This document shows, one piece after another, positions 24,461 through 38,509 of a DNA stretch of 64,000 nt; positions within the stretch are counted from its first letter, which is position 1, and the number at the start of each line of letters is the position of its first letter. Both the position numbers and the translations under genes were made by a program. The stretch is from positions 2,604,001-2,668,000 of the forward strand of contig NW_026948187.1 in NCBI RefSeq assembly GCF_963921235.1, written 5' to 3'. Below the pieces are notes generated by a model. It was not told the DNA's origin and searched no databases. It worked only from the letters and a program-made list of their open reading frames with translations. The stretch is from Mobula hypostoma (lineage: Eukaryota).

Positions 24461-25339
24461 TCAGTCCTGGGAAAAGCCTCTAGCTATCCACACGACCAAT
24501 GCCTCTCATCATCTTGTACACCTGTATAAATTTCCTGCATGATTTTCTCCAGACGGAATTAGACGATGAGCTCACTGTGGTTTTCACGTTCTTCAGGCCT
24601 CCGGACTAAAGTGGTTAAACACTTCCTTCCCTGCTCTTTTCAACTTTTGGTGTCATTTTCACTAATTTCAAAGGACTGTGCCTCAGACAGCTGAGTTGTT
24701 GTAATGCATCTCTAAAGTTTGACAGCAGACAAGTGAGTGAATCTTCGATGGAGCAGAGTCAGAAACCAAAGAGTTACCAGCCTGAGTCAGGGGTTTGGGG
24801 CTCCGGAAAGAGCTGGGAACTAGAGTTTACAAGGAGGAGGAGGAAGAGGAATCAGATCAGCAGGATGCGGCTAAAAATGAAAGATCAAAAACATTTGGAA
24901 ACTGGTTGATCGAAAAATGTGGTTAATTTCTGCAAAATACCGGTGGAAATCAACAGATCAGGCGGTCAATGTGGAGAAGAATAAATAGACAACGTGTAGG
25001 CCGAGCCCCTTCAGCATGCATTGGCTGTGTGATCCTCTGCTTAGTTGCTGCCTGAACTGCAGAGTTCCTCCAGCAGTTTATGTGTATGTGTCTACATCTC
25101 CAGCAAAAGCAGAATCTCTTGTGTTTTATATCTGCATTTGTAAGAATGTTCTACTTTGGCATTAAACACGCGGAAAGTTTGCTGATATTAAGTGTATTGT
25201 TTTATGGGAGCTGCTTTCTGCGTTAAAAGAGGTGCTGAGTTTTCTACACAAAAAGAAAATGAGGTATGTACTTGAACCGGTGCTTGCAGAAACTTTCAAT
25301 GGCACCGGGATTAACTTGAAAGCTCTTTAACAATTCTCG

Positions 25340-25690
25340 CTGTCGCTCAAGCACCGACCGAATGCGCAGGCGTCAGGGTTGCGGCTGGTCCGAATATCAC
25401 GCATGCGCAGTACACAAAGGGCCTCGGATATCGCTGCCGGTGAGTGTTTCTCCGTGAGACCGTTTTCACTACCGACTGAGGGGCAATTGCTGTGACTCCG
25501 GAAACTGTGACCCGCAATCCCGGGATAGTCCTGTTTTCTTCCCTCTCTCTTAGCCCCACGATCCCTGCACGGACCCCGGGGAGCTTCCGGCTGATGAGGG
25601 AATGGGAACCGATGGATCTCTCAGACAGAGCTGAGCTCCAGCTGTCTAAATGCAAGGATTGGGAACTCGGAGAAAGGGAACAAAATATTT
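25340..25690 (+). promoter_or_regulatory. CpG promoter / 5' region of ZNF gene 2
   Basis: tgcgcaggcg and cgcatgcgca NRF1-like sites, candidate donor ccg|gtgagt at 25440, and the invariant block 25574-25686. Confidence 0.7.
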
Positions 25691-26974
25691 TACATCAGCT
25701 GTTGAGAAAATCACCTCCAATCACAAACGAGAAAATCTGCAGATGATGGAAATCCAAGCAACACACACAAAATGCCGGAATTCAGCATTAGTTCACTTTT
25801 CCATAGATGCTGCCTGGCCTGCTGAGCTCCTGAAGCATTTTGTGTGTGTTGCTTGTTCTACCTCCTCTTGCTCTGCACCTTTCTACCCGTGAGGACATGT
25901 TTTGACCCATTCACTCTGTGAAGATAATGATATCAAACACCTTTGCCCTGGGCAACAAATAGCTTTCACATCACAAATGTGCCAGACTCCAGTGGGACAG
26001 AATACTGCGTTTCCCTTTATATTCATTGGCATTGCCATCAATGAGTTCACCACAGTCAGTCACCTGGGGGAGGGTTCAGGGGAAATACTTATGTACATTA
26101 CAGAAACTGGTGTTACCTGTGTGTATTGCGGTGATGCAAAAGTTGCTGGAGAATTTGCAAGTGGGAAGAAGTGGAGTGATATTTTGAAATCTGACTTTTT
26201 AAAGAATAATTTAGCAAGCAAACCACATATGGACAATGTGCAAAAGCTCTGGTGAGAAAATCCTTCATTACCTGTTACAAGCCTGCTACATAGGTTGTGT
26301 GAGAGTGTAGATGAACTTGATCATACCCAGATGAGATTACAGTTCCTATGGACAGTGATTTGCTAGTTGTTAAAATGAATACCTCTCCTATATAAATTTA
26401 CTGTGAACATCTTGTCACTGGGTAAAAAATGCACAGTACAAGATTAATGTGCACACTGGTCATTACAAGTTAGAGGGGACATTGGTGGGAAGGTGGGGAG
26501 ACCTCCAGTGTCCCTGATGCCCTCACCTACAAGATGTGCATCCAGCTGCAGCTTGTAATCCTGCACTCAAGGAGTTGAACTTGAAATGGATGAATTCCCG
26601 ATCATCCAGGAGTTGGAGGGGTGATAGATATGACATGAAGAGAGGTGAGTTACACCCAAGGTGCAGGACACCGGAAACTGGGTGAGAGTCAGGAAGGGGA
26701 ATGAGGTTAAATAGCCATCGCAGAGAACTCTTGTTGCTATCCCGCACAACAGGTGGACCACTTTAGAAAATGGTGGCGGGGGGATTACCTGGCAGAGGAA
26801 AGTCAAAGGGGTGACAGGGGATTCATTAGTTAGGGGAACAGAACAAGAGGGGACTAATATCCTAGTGCAGGGGTAAGACTTGCTCGTGCTATTTTGGGGG
26901 GAGAGGTGATGTGGTTGAAATAAGTTGTAGGGGGAATGGGAGCCCAAATGACAGAACAGATACTGGAGAAGGTG

Positions 26975-27735
26975 ATTTGAATTGAATTGACTTTATTACA
27001 TACATCCTTCATATACATGAGGAGTAGAAATCTTTACGTTACGTCTCTGTCTAAATGTGCAATGTGTAATTTATAGTAATTTATAATAAATAATTTGTAC
27101 ATAGGGCAGTCAATATAACACAGAAGTGCAATTGTATCAGCATGAGTTAATCAGTCTGATGGCCTGGTGGAAGATGATGAAGATGATGTCCCGGAGCCTG
27201 TTGGTCCTTTTGCTGTGGTACTGTTTCCTGGATGGTAGCAGGAGGAACAGTTTGTGGTTGTGGTGAATGGGGTCCCCAGTATCCTTTGGGCCCATTTTAC
27301 ACACCTGTCTCTGTAAATGTCCTGAATAGTGGGAAGTTCACATCTACAGATGTGCTGGGCTGTCCGCACCACTCTCTGCAGGGTCCTGCGATTGAGGGAA
27401 GTACAGTTCCCATACCAGGCAGTGATGCAGCCAGTCAGGATGCCCTCAATTGTGTCCCTATGGAAAGTCCTTAGGATTTGGGTCCCTATCCCAAACCTCT
27501 TCAACCGTCTGAGGTGAAAGAGGAGCTGTTGTGCTCTTTTCACAACACAGCCGGTATGTACAGACCATGTGAGATCCTCGGTGATGTTTATGCCGAGGAA
27601 TTTAAAGCTGTTCACCCTCTCAACCCCAGATCGATTGATGTCAATAGGGGTCAGCCCGTCTCCATTCCTCCTGTCGTCCACAATCAGCTCCTTTGTTTTT
27701 GTGACAATGAGGGAGAGTTTGTTTCCTTGACACCA
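26975..27735 (-). mobile_element. Rex1/Babar-like LINE 3' end
   Basis: ORF 27151-27681: VERVNSFKFLGINITEDLTWS..KRAQQ.LFHLRRLKRF..CITAWYGN; (ttgaa)n tail. Confidence 0.85.
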
Positions 27736-30043
27736 GTCAGATGTTGTTCAGACCTCAGATAGAGTCAGCAATCAAATGATTGAGCATGGTGCGATGAATG
27801 TGCTGAGCTGTGTATATCACAATGCAAGAAGCATCGTAGGAATGCCGGATGAGCTCAGGATAGGGAATTATGATGTTGTAGCCATTATTGGGACTTGGTT
27901 GTACACAACAGTCTGAGGGATTTAGAGGAACAAATTTGTAGAGAGATCGCAGAGCATGCCAATAAACAAAGGTTGATTCAGTAACTGATTTTAATTTTCC
28001 ATATATTGACTGGGACTCCCATACTGTAAAAGGACTAAATGGGGTAGAGTTTGTCAAATGTGCCCTTAATCAGTACGTAGAATTCCCGACGTAGAAGTGT
28101 GCAATAAACTGTTAGGAAATGATCCAGGGCTGGAGACAGAAATCAGTGACTTTGGACCACGGGTTGAGATTCTAAATTGGGGAAAGGTCAATTTTGATGG
28201 TATCAGAAAGGATCTGACAAGTGTGGTTTTGGGCAGGCTGTTTTCTGGCAAAGGAGTACTTGGTAAGTGGGAGGCCTTCAGAAGTGAAAGTTTGAGGGTG
28301 TAGAGTTTGTATGAGCCTGCAAAAATAAAAGTTGAAAGGTAACTGGTGCAGGGAACCTTGGTTTTCAAGAGATATTGAGACCCCGGATATTTTGTTCCTC
28401 TAAATGCCTCAGACTGTTGGGTGCTACCAAGACTCATTAATGACTACAATATCATCATTTCATGCCCTGAGCTCATCCGACTTTTTTTTTTAGTGGTCTT
28501 CAGTAGGTTTCTAAAAGTTTCCCAATAGATTTTGCTCTTTTGTTTGCCCTCTCTTTGGCTTTGATGTTGGCTTTGGTTTCTCATTTCAGCCACGGTTGTG
28601 TCCTCCTGCCTTTCCACTGCTTCCACTTCTTTGGGATGTATCGATCACTCAGCTCCCGAATTGCTCCCAGAAACTCCAGACATTGCTGCTCCATTGTCAC
28701 TCCTATCTTTCCCTTCCAAACAAGTTTGGCCAGCTTCTCTGTCATAGAAACATGGAGAAGTTCAGTAAGGAAACAGGCTATTTGGCCCATCTAGTCAATG
28801 CCAAAAAAAACATTTAAGCTGTCTAATGCACCAATCTGCACTGGGACTATCACCCTCCATACCCCTGCCATCCAGACCCCCATCTGAACTTCTTTGAAAT
28901 GGTGAAACTGAGCTCATATTCACCACTTGTGCTGGCATCTCATTCCACACTCTCACGGCCATTTCAGTAAACAGCTTTTCCACATGTTCCTGTTAAATTT
29001 TCACCTTCCCCACTTACCCATGACCTCTGGTTGTCATCCCACCCAATCTCCGTGGAAAAAGCTGCTTGCATTTACCCTATCTATACCCTCATAATTTTGT
29101 ATACTTCGAACAAATCCTCAAAGCAATGTATAACTTCCTTGATTATGTTTGGAGCCTTTTTTAGGTGTATAAGATGATGAGGGGCATTGATCGTGTGGAT
29201 AGCCAGAGTTTTTTTTTCCCCAGGGCTGAAATGGGTAACACAAGGGGGCATGGTTTTGAGGTATTTGGAAATAGATACCGAGGGGATGTCAAGGGTAAGT
29301 TTTTTACACAGAGAGTGGTGGGTGTGTGGAATGCACTGCCGACTATTTGTGTGAGAGTGTTTCAGATACTGTGGGGCCAGGAACCCCCCATGCAGCTCAG
29401 TGGGAACAGGGAATAATACCAGTGGAGAGAGTCAGACTGAGCCAGGTCACAGATTGGCTATGGCAGAAATGCCCCATTCATTCAGGAAGAGCATCAGAAT
29501 TTGATGGTCATTCCAGATACCAGCACTGTGCCCATTTAGAAGATGATTTCTCTCTCTAACTTGGGTTGAACCTCACAGTAACAGTGTGATATCAGTTCAC
29601 ACCTTGACAAATCAAGTGATCTCATCTGAAATGTTGTCCTATACCCATTGATCGGTTTTGTAAATCTTTTTTGCAGGTTAAAAATGACGAGGAATTTGTT
29701 TCCGGGAATCTCGAACACAACACACCAGTTTTGCTGTCTCTATCCAGACATTTAATAAGTGGAGCAAGAGATTCACTCGATCATCTGACCTGCTGGCATG
29801 CCTGTCATTTTACACAGGGGGGAACCCATTCATTTGCTCAGACAGTAGGAATGGATCAGTCGGTCATCTCCACTGAAGGTACATCAGCAAGTTCACACTG
29901 GGACAAGGACATTCACCTGTTTTGTGTGTGAGAAGGGATTCAGTCGGTCTTCCCACCTGTGGACACACCAGTCAGTTCACACTGGGCAGACGCTGGTTAT
30001 ATGCTGAATTTTTGGGGAAGGATTCACTCAGTCATGTGACCTA

Positions 30044-30997
30044 ATGGCACACCAGCGAGTTCACACTGGGGAGAGGCCGTTCACCTGCTCGGACTGTGGG
30101 AAGGGATTCACTCAGTCATCCCACCTGCTGAGACACCGGTCAGTTCACACAGGGGAGAGGATGTTCACTTGCTCTGACTGCGGGAAGGGATTCACGGAAT
30201 CATCTCAACTGAAGGTACATCAGCGAGCTCATACTGGGGAGAGGCCATTCACTTGCTCAGACTGTGGGAAGACCTTCACTCGGTCATCCCAACTGAAGAT
30301 ACATCAGCATGTTCACACCGGAGAGAGGCCGTTTACCTGCTCAGACTGTGGGAAGGGATTCTCTTTGTCATCTCAGTTACTGAGACACCAGTCAGTTCAC
30401 ACCGGAGAGTGGCCATTCACCTGCTCGGACTGTGGGAAGGGATTCACTAAATCTTCTCACCTACTGAGACACTGGTCAGTTCACACTGGGGAGAGGCCAT
30501 TCACCTGCTCAGACTGTGGGAAGGGATTCACTGAATTATCTCAACTGAAGGTACATCAGCGAGTTCACACTGGGGAGAGGCCATTCACCTGCTCAGACTG
30601 TGGGAAGGGATTCACTGAATTATCTCAACTGAAGGTACATCAGCGAGTTCACACTGGGGAGAGGCCATTCACCTGCTCAACCTGTGGGAAAGGATTCACT
30701 TCGTCATCTCATCTGAAGGTACATCAGCGAGTTCACACTGGGGAGAGGCCATTCACCTGCTCAGAGTGTGGGAAGGGGTTCACACAGTTAGCTAGCCTAC
30801 AAGCACACCAGTCAGTTCACACCAGGGAGAGGCCGTTCACCTGCTCAGACTGTGGGAAGGGATTCACTCGGTCATCTCGCCTACTGACACACCTGTCAGT
30901 TCACATTAGGGAGAGGCCATTCACCTGCTCAGTGTGTGGGAAGGGATTCACTCGGTCATCTCGCCTACAGAGACACCAGCAAGTTCACACTGGGTAG
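30044..30997 (+). CDS. Tandem C2H2 zinc-finger protein, 11 fingers, no effector domain
   Basis: C2H2 repeats with TGERPF linkers; fingers 6 and 7 identical. Candidate acceptor ttttgcag at about 29676 and AATAAA at 31723. Confidence 0.9.
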   Translation: MAHQRVHTGERPFTCSDCGKGFTQSSHLLRHRSVHTGERMFTCSDCGKGFTESSQLKVHQRAHTGERPFTCSDCGKTFTRSSQLKIHQHVHTGERPFTCSDCGKGFSLSSQLLRHQSVHTGEWPFTCSDCGKGFTKSSHLLRHWSVHTGERPFTCSDCGKGFTELSQLKVHQRVHTGERPFTCSDCGKGFTELSQLKVHQRVHTGERPFTCSTCGKGFTSSSHLKVHQRVHTGERPFTCSECGKGFTQLASLQAHQSVHTRERPFTCSDCGKGFTRSSRLLTHLSVHIRERPFTCSVCGKGFTRSSRLQRHQQVHTG

Positions 30998-31052
30998 AGG
31001 CCGATCACCTGCTGTGAATGTGGGAAGCGATTCACTCAGTAATGTAGCCTTA

Positions 31053-31482
31053 TGTAACTCTCACTTCGGCTAACAGCGCAATATAGGGGCTGATAGCCCA
31101 CCAGCCAGGCGAAATGTATGAAATCTCATTTTGGTGGATGCTGTGTGATGTGTCCTCTGTTACAAATCAGTACCCCGAAATAACAAACAGTACACAATAT
31201 GTGATTAAATGAATGAGATTTAAAATTCTTACTTTGACTGTAGAGTTAGTAAAGAAAACAAAAAAAAAAATTCTTCTCATTTCTCCCCAGCAAAAGATCA
31301 CGAAAATCCCTCTTCCAGACTCACAAGGAAGAATATTTCTGTCATTGGATAGCCCCGCACAACAAAACCCTGTTATCTCTAGTCATAACCTAAACATTGC
31401 TGCTACAGAGAAACCATTACCTCAGCAGTGAAACACTGCACAGAGGACGTTACATGAGCAGTGAACCTTACAGCGTGTTACA
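31053..31482. mobile_element. Solo LTR in a degenerate terminal finger of ZNF gene 2 (same insertion as 14135-14589)
   Basis: TGTAAC...GTTACA with perfect CTTA 4-bp TSD. Confidence 0.85.
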
Positions 31483-33023
31483 CTTATGACACACTACTCG
31501 GTTCACACTGGGGAGAAAGTTTGATTAAGCTGCTTGCTGGATATTTGTCCATCACCGTGCTGAATGCAATTCCGAGAGTGACTGCCGGTGCTGAAATCTG
31601 CAATAATTGCTGCTGCTCACCACACCCAGTTCTGCACCCTGGTCACTGGGCATGGGAGGAGTTTCTTCTGCCGCATATTCACCTTTAATGGGACTGGAGT
31701 TCAATATTTTGGATCTGAGACAAATAAATCATTTCTATTTTAAACTCTGTCTCCGGTACTTGGTGAATTTATAATACACCTAGTGTACAGTAGAGAGTCA
31801 ACTCAGGCCGGCTGGACCCTGCCAGTGATTCAGTTCCACGACGGTCCTTTGAAATCCTGCCCTGTTGTTCATCTCTCGCTCTCCCTGTGCTTATGGGTTC
31901 CAAACAGTCACCACTCTGTGGGTGAAGAGGTTTCCCTTGAATTTTCTGCAGACTGAAGAAGTTGAGCTGACTGCAGTTCTGTTTGAGATGTACTTCGCCC
32001 CTCTTATCTCTGGGCTGAGGAAGAATGACATTGGTAGTTAACCTCCTTATTGGTGGCTCATTTCCACATTATGGGTCATTTTCCCTGCTTATAAAGGGTT
32101 GTAAGGAAACACCACTGTCCTCTAAAGACTGAAATCAGAATGGGAAACCATCAGTTGGATGTTCAATGGAGCAGGGTCAGAAACCAGATGCAGGTCTGCA
32201 CAGGGCAGAGTTTGGGGCTCTGGACGATGGTCGGGGTGAGAACGTATGATGAGGAGAAGGGAATCAGCAGCGGGGCCTGGCAACGAATGACAGAGTAACA
32301 ACACTTGGAAGCTGATTGACAGGGAAAATCTTTGGGTTCTCTGACTGATGACACAATACCCGTGCTGAGGGTGTGTTGGGAATGGTTTCATCTATTGAGG
32401 GAGTTGTTCCTGCTTGTTTATCCTGTAATATTATATCTGGATGGTTATTATGGATTGTCCTATCTGAAATAATGTATTGATTATCATATAATTTGTCAGA
32501 TTTTCTGGATCTGGCTTGAATTTATGGTACCTTCACGAATTGATGGAGGGCGTTCATGAGTTTGTATTTTAAAGCAAGATTTTGCTGAATGATATTTACC
32601 ACTTGATTGTACCTTTGTAAGTAATTAGATTGAGTTAAACTGCTGCAGAATCCTGAAATGTGTTGGATTGTGTCTGGTTTCTCTTGGCATTTTCTGCACT
32701 TGCTGCCTTGTTTGTTTATATTTCATGTGTTTTTGATTTTTTTTTTTTCCGTTTTGGAACCACCTTGTCCTGTATTTCTGGAAGGAACCCCTCTGTTTCT
32801 GGGAAGAGGTCTCCAGTTCTCAGTCAGGTGCTCAATGCTTCCTTGTCACCATCTCGTCTGCTCAGATCGTTGGGATGTCTCCCATGGAGGGTCATACTTC
32901 CATAGTGATGATTCATTTTTCTGATTTGACCTCTCATTTAAGTTTTCTGGTCTGTATTTCTTACACGATTGCATATACACACAGGGAGTGCTGAATCCTG
33001 TTCATTTTTGATGAAAATATATA

Positions 33024-33456
33024 TGAGGGGTGATTGATATGTTCGTGGCCCCGGGTAGGAGTCAATTTTAGAAAACCAAGCACATTTATTTTTCAACATA
33101 GTCCCCTCCTACACGCTTAGTCCAGCTTTAATGGAGCATACGGATCTTGGACCTCCAGAAAGTGTCCACAGATGGGTGATTAATGAGTTCATGGCCCAAG
33201 TTAGAAGGAGATGAGTTATAAAGCTCTCGTTACATGCACATGCAGGTCAGCTCTTTGAGTGATTATGCGGAAAGTTTGAAGTTAATAACTCATTTCCTTC
33301 TACCTTGGGCACAAACCTATCAATTACCCCTGATGAGTTCTTAACTTCAAACTTTCTGCATAATCACTCAAAAGAGTTGAACTGCATGTGCATGTAACGA
33401 GGGCTGTATAACTCATCTCCTTCTACCTTAGGCCATGAATTTATCAATCACCCTCG
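33024..33456. mobile_element. Mariner-type MITE
   Basis: TA|tgaggggtgattgata...tatcaatcaccctcg|TA termini with internal inverted repeats. Empty site in unit 1 at about 16163. Confidence 0.8.
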
Positions 33457-34623
33457 TACTTAGAAGTTTTATCTGACTGTTGTGTGATTTTGTTTTAATG
33501 TGTGTTATTTCACTTCCTTCTTCTGTCCAAGGTAGTGTTAATCTAAGTGGGTTTGAGTGTAAATAGTCTTTTCTAAAGTTTTCCAAAGTTCTTATTTATC
33601 TTTATAAATTTTACTGATTGAAATGGGACGAAGATATTTTCACTTGAAAAAAGCCAATGTTGGTATTGATGAAAGTGTTTATTGCCTTCGTTGTATTTGT
33701 TAACTATTGAGCTCTGTTTGGCAGGTTTTTTTAAGCCTTGAACTAAACTTTGTTAAAGGTTTTCCCTATTTCACACTACTTTCTATTTTCTTTCCTTATT
33801 GTTATTCCAGATACGTGGGCATCAAGAGTCCCAGTGAAGGGTCTTGGCCCAAAATGTTGATTCCCATCCATAAATGCTGCCTGACATGCTGAGCTCCTCC
33901 AGCACTTTGTGTGTAGTTCTCTAGATTTCTAGCATCTGCAGATCCTCTTGTTTCCCAGATACTTATATGTTTCTTGAAAGAACAAGCCAAGAACAAGCTG
34001 GTAGTGGGGTTGTGTGGATCTGTTGGTAAAATATTAAATAAAATCATTAGAAAGAGGTGGCATAGGGTTGGAAGGTGTAGAATCTGTGAGTCGAATTAAG
34101 GAACAGCAAATGTCAAAAAAAATCCCTAAGGGGAATTGTATAGAGACCCCCAAACAGTAGTAAGTATCTGGTCCACAAATTACAATGGGAGATAGAAAAT
34201 GTGTGTGAAAAGGGCAATGTTACAATAGTCATGGGGGATTGTCATGCGGGTGATTAGGAAAATTAGGACAGTGTTGGTCTCAAGAGAAGGAATTCCTGGA
34301 ATGCCAACAAGATGCTTTTTTAGAGCAGCTCGTGGTTGAGACCACTTGGGGATCAGTTATTCTGGATTGGGTGTTGTGATGAAGCAGAATTAATTAGGTC
34401 ACTTAAATTCAAAGAACCCTTCGGGGCAAGGGATCTTTAGATGATCATATTCACCCTGACATTGGAGAAGGAGAAGCTAAAGTCAGATGAGGAATAAAGA
34501 GAATTAGAGAGGCATAAGAGATAAACTGGTCAAAATTGATTTTCAAAGAACGCGGGCAGGGATAAAAACAGAGCAGCAATGGCAGGAATTTCTGGAAGCA
34601 ATTCGGAAGGCACAGGATATATA

Positions 34624-34930
34624 CAGTGGCATGTAAATGTCTGGGCACCCCGGTCAAAGTTTCTGTTACTGTGAATAGCTAAGCGAGTAAAAGATGACCT
34701 GATTTCCAAAAGGCACAAAGTTAAATATGGCACATTTCTTTAATATTTTAAGCAGGATTACATTTTTATTTCCATCTTTTACAGTTTCAAAATAGCAAAA
34801 AGGAAAAGGGCCCATAGTAAAAGTTTGGGCAAGCTGCATGGTCAGTGCTTAGTAACACCCCCCTTGACAAGTATCACAGCTTGTAAATGCTTTCTGTAGC
34901 CAGCTAAGAGCCTTTCAGTTCTTGTTTGGG
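34624..34930 (+). mobile_element. Tc1-like transposon left-end fragment
   Basis: TA|cagtggcatgtaaatgtctgggcacccc terminus; inner repeat aaagtttgggca at about 34820. Confidence 0.65.
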
Positions 34931-35729
34931 TACATTTCTGGGTTCAGTCATTAGCAGCAAAGCACTGACTGTGGAAATTACAGATCAGAATATTATTAGA
35001 GTCACAGAGCGCAGCAACACTGAAACAGGCCGTTCGGCCCTTCTAGTCATTGCTGACCTGTTTGTTTTTACTGCCCAGTTCCAACTACGTGCACCATAGC
35101 CTCCATACACCTGCCATCCATCTCATCACCCAAATTTCTCTTTAGTGTCTCAATTGAACACATCCACCACTTTCACTGGCAGATCATTCCACACTCCCAC
35201 CAACCTCTGAGTGAAGAATTCCCCTTCAGACTCCCGTCAAAGAATTCACTTTCACCCTGAACTTATGTCCAATGTGGGGGTGAGAGGGAGGACGGGGTGG
35301 AGAGGGATGACAGTAAGGGGACAGTAATGTTGCCTCCTTACAACAAAACTAACCCTCTCACTGTGTCAGAATCAATGATTAAATCCAGCCCCAACCACTG
35401 TGTTTTCATTCCTGCACATTGTAACTTGAACCATCGCACTGAGGGTCTGATGGAGACACAACCCCTGCCCTCTGCACATATGATTACAAACCCCTTGCTT
35501 CTGACATTTCAAATACCCTCAGAATGGTTTTCTGATTCAGTCTGAAGGTTATGGTACATTCAGCTCATCGTCAGACCTGACAAGCCATGTCTTCCCACAG
35601 CTGATTCCACCTGTTGGTGTGTCCTCTTTCCTCCACCTCCAGGGAAGCTGCATCTCCACACAAACCCCTCACTTGAGACGACTGTCTGTACCCGTGACAC
35701 AGGAAATCACATCACTGTCACTCTCCTGA

Positions 35730-35978
35730 TACCATCCGGGAAGCGGTACCGCAACATAAAAGCCAGGACCAACAGGCTCCGGGACAGCTTCTTCCACCAG
35801 GCTGTCAGACTGATGAACTCACGCTGATCTGAGTGTACTCTATATTACATTGTCTGTTTTATTTATTATAAACTATTATAAATTACTATGATTGCACATT
35901 GCATATTTAGATGGAGACGTAATGTGAAGATTTTTACTCCTGATGGATGTAAGAAATAAAGTCAATTCAATTCAATTC
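35730..35978 (+). mobile_element. Rex/Babar-like LINE 3' end
   Basis: PSGKRYRNIKARTNRLRDSFFHQAVRLMN; (caatt)n tail. Confidence 0.85.
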
Positions 35979-36439
35979 CTGATTCCGTGTCTGAGCTGTT
36001 CGCCTCCGGGTATCCTCCGTCAACAAGCTTCTTCCTCAGTCACCATCTGTCAGATTATAAAAAACAATTAAAACGATCTATCAGACAGCTCCTGTACCCC
36101 TCCACCCCTGAACAGGTTCCCCTGTTAAAACTCTCTGCTCAGCCCCTTCCCTATTCCCTTTCCCTTTCAGACTCCCGATGTGCCAGCAGATCCGAATTCA
36201 CCGTGTGGACATTTCTACCCCACAGGAGGCTGTACAAACCCGTGTCCTCTGATGCACAGCTCAGTGACCCCAATCCCTGTCTGCACTCGCAGCCCATGAC
36301 GGTGACAGCTGTCCTAGACTCTGTAACTCACAATCTTGTAACACAGAATCTTGTTCACAGCAAGTTTAGACAGTCATTAATATGAAGAGAGAATTGTTGT
36401 TTCCTGAAAGGACAGGCGAGCGAAGCTGTCTGATCCAAT

Positions 36440-37400
36440 TCACCAGATGGTCCGGTGTTTACAAGTTAATTTGTCCCGGGACCCACACCCACACCCACTC
36501 ATAACCCCGACCCACACAGACAGACAGACTGTCCCTTCGCCCCAAACCCCCTGCACAACCACAAGGAATTGATCCACGGCCCGGGCTCGGTGGCAAAGTG
36601 AAAACCGGGGGTGAGGAGAGCCCGGAGACAAACACCCCGCTGCCCACTCCACCAACAACACGGCACAGCCGGACACATCTCACAACACCGGATCCGGTCC
36701 CGATGAAACCCGAATTTAATTTTGTTGTTCCAGATCGGACCCAACAAAAGGTGTTTTAAATTGAAGCGCTCCCCCTCACGTGACGTCACACAGCAGACCC
36801 CCCCCTCGCCTGACGTCACCCATGGTCTCCCCGTATCTGCTTCTGCTGTCACGAGCACGGTGCCTTACGTCACACACGCGCTGCTGTGCTCGAGCTTTTT
36901 CGGTTTAACGGCTGAGCTACTGAGCAAGAGCCACGCCCTCCGCCCCCCGGACAGTCAGCAGAGGAATTGCATTGATTGCAGAGCTGCGCTATTTCCATTG
37001 GTGCGAAGCGATGTCAATCACAGGTTACAACCAATAGTGGAGACGGACCAGCCGAGAGGGCGTTACCCCGTCTCCTGCTGCAAATCCGAAAGTAAATGTC
37101 CGCTTTCTGATTTATTTCCATTTCCCTCCGAGGGAAGTTGGGGCGTTTGTGAAGCGTCTCCTGCGGCCGGAGTCTGATGTATCGCTGAGAGGTAGGAGGA
37201 GACCGCTCGGCCCGTCGGTTTGATGCCGGTTCCCCGGGGAGGGAGAGGGGGATTTTATTGAAAGGATGAAGACGGTGAGAGAGGGGGCGGACAGGATGTT
37301 TGTCCCGGTGGGGACAGGAGGGGCTCATCTGTGGAAATGTCTGAGCCCACGGTGGTGGCGATTCACCACATTGGGGGGCAAACACCGGCAGACTGTTGCC
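36440..37400. promoter_or_regulatory. CpG island, probably a bidirectional promoter
   Basis: TGACGTCA at 36781 and 36811, CACGTG at 36777, CCAAT boxes at 36997 and 37031, + strand donor gag|gtagga at 37192, candidate downstream acceptor ttttcccgcag at about 38369. Confidence 0.65.
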
Positions 37401-38509
37401 CTGCAAGCGGGGCCAATGGTCCGGGAAAAGTGACAATTATTTGTGCTTTGTTGAGATTGTACCGGGAATATGGTGTAAAATCCCGCTCCCCACACTAACA
37501 CGGGTTATACAGACCAAAGAACAAACTGCCGGAGGAACTCAGTGGGTCGGGCAGCATCTGTGGAGGGAAATGGACCGTCAACATTTCGGGCCGAGACCCT
37601 CCCTCTGGACTGAGAGTGGACGGGAATTAGTCAGAGAAAAGAGGTGAGGGGTGGGGATGGGGCAAGAGCTGGGGAGTGAGAGGTGGATCCAGGTGAGGGG
37701 GAGGTGGGAAGGTGGAAATAGTGACAGGGGTGGGAGGTGAGTGGTTGGGGCAACACGGGGCTGCAGAAGATGGAAATTAATTCCATAGAGGATTAATAAA
37801 GAGATTAGAGAGTATTTGTTATACAGAGTGCAATGAAGATTCACCAGACTGATCCCTGGAGTGGTGGGGTCATCATATGAAGGAAGATCAAATGTGATAA
37901 CCCTTTCATTTCGAGAATGCGGATCGGGCAGAAACATGTGGCTGAGATGGGAGAGCAGCCGTCATCTTGTTGATGGTTAGAGGGGCTGAATGGCCACCTC
38001 CTGCTGTTTTTCACTTGATGTTTCAGTGTTCCTGTCCAGTGAGGCTGGAGGAATGTGAATGTGAATGAGTGTTTATAAACATGGACTGATTTAAATGAAA
38101 CCTGCACATTTCCGGTTTGGGTCTGAATTGTGTGTTGGACCGGGATGGGAATCGAGTCCGTGACTCTGTGACCTGGAGGTGGAGGGAAAGGGACAGAGAA
38201 GGTATGGCGAGAAAAGGTGACTATGTATTTGTTGTAAATATGTAATAATGTGGGAAATTCAGTGGATGGGTCGGGCAGCGTGTGAGGGGCGAGGAGCAGA
38301 GTCACCGGTTCGGGTGGGAGACCGTCCACCCATCACCTGATCCCGTTTCCTGTTCACGTTTTCCCGCAGAACTGCGGCGTCTGCCGGTCACTGCTCTACG
38401 TGTCCGTGTAGCTTCATCTTTCGCCCATTCAGACAAGGCAGTGAGATCCGGATCTGTCACATCCTCTCGTTGTGGGTGAACAATATGTTTTTATCTGCAA
38501 TATTTTCAT

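Larger units (their letters stand above)
24460..34620 (+). repeat. Segmental duplication unit 2
   Basis: Colinear with 7250-17340. Confidence 0.85.

Noticed and set aside
36171-36300. Possible + strand exon after a strong pyrimidine tract and AG
   Set aside because: No recognisable peptide in any frame and no partner exons identified.
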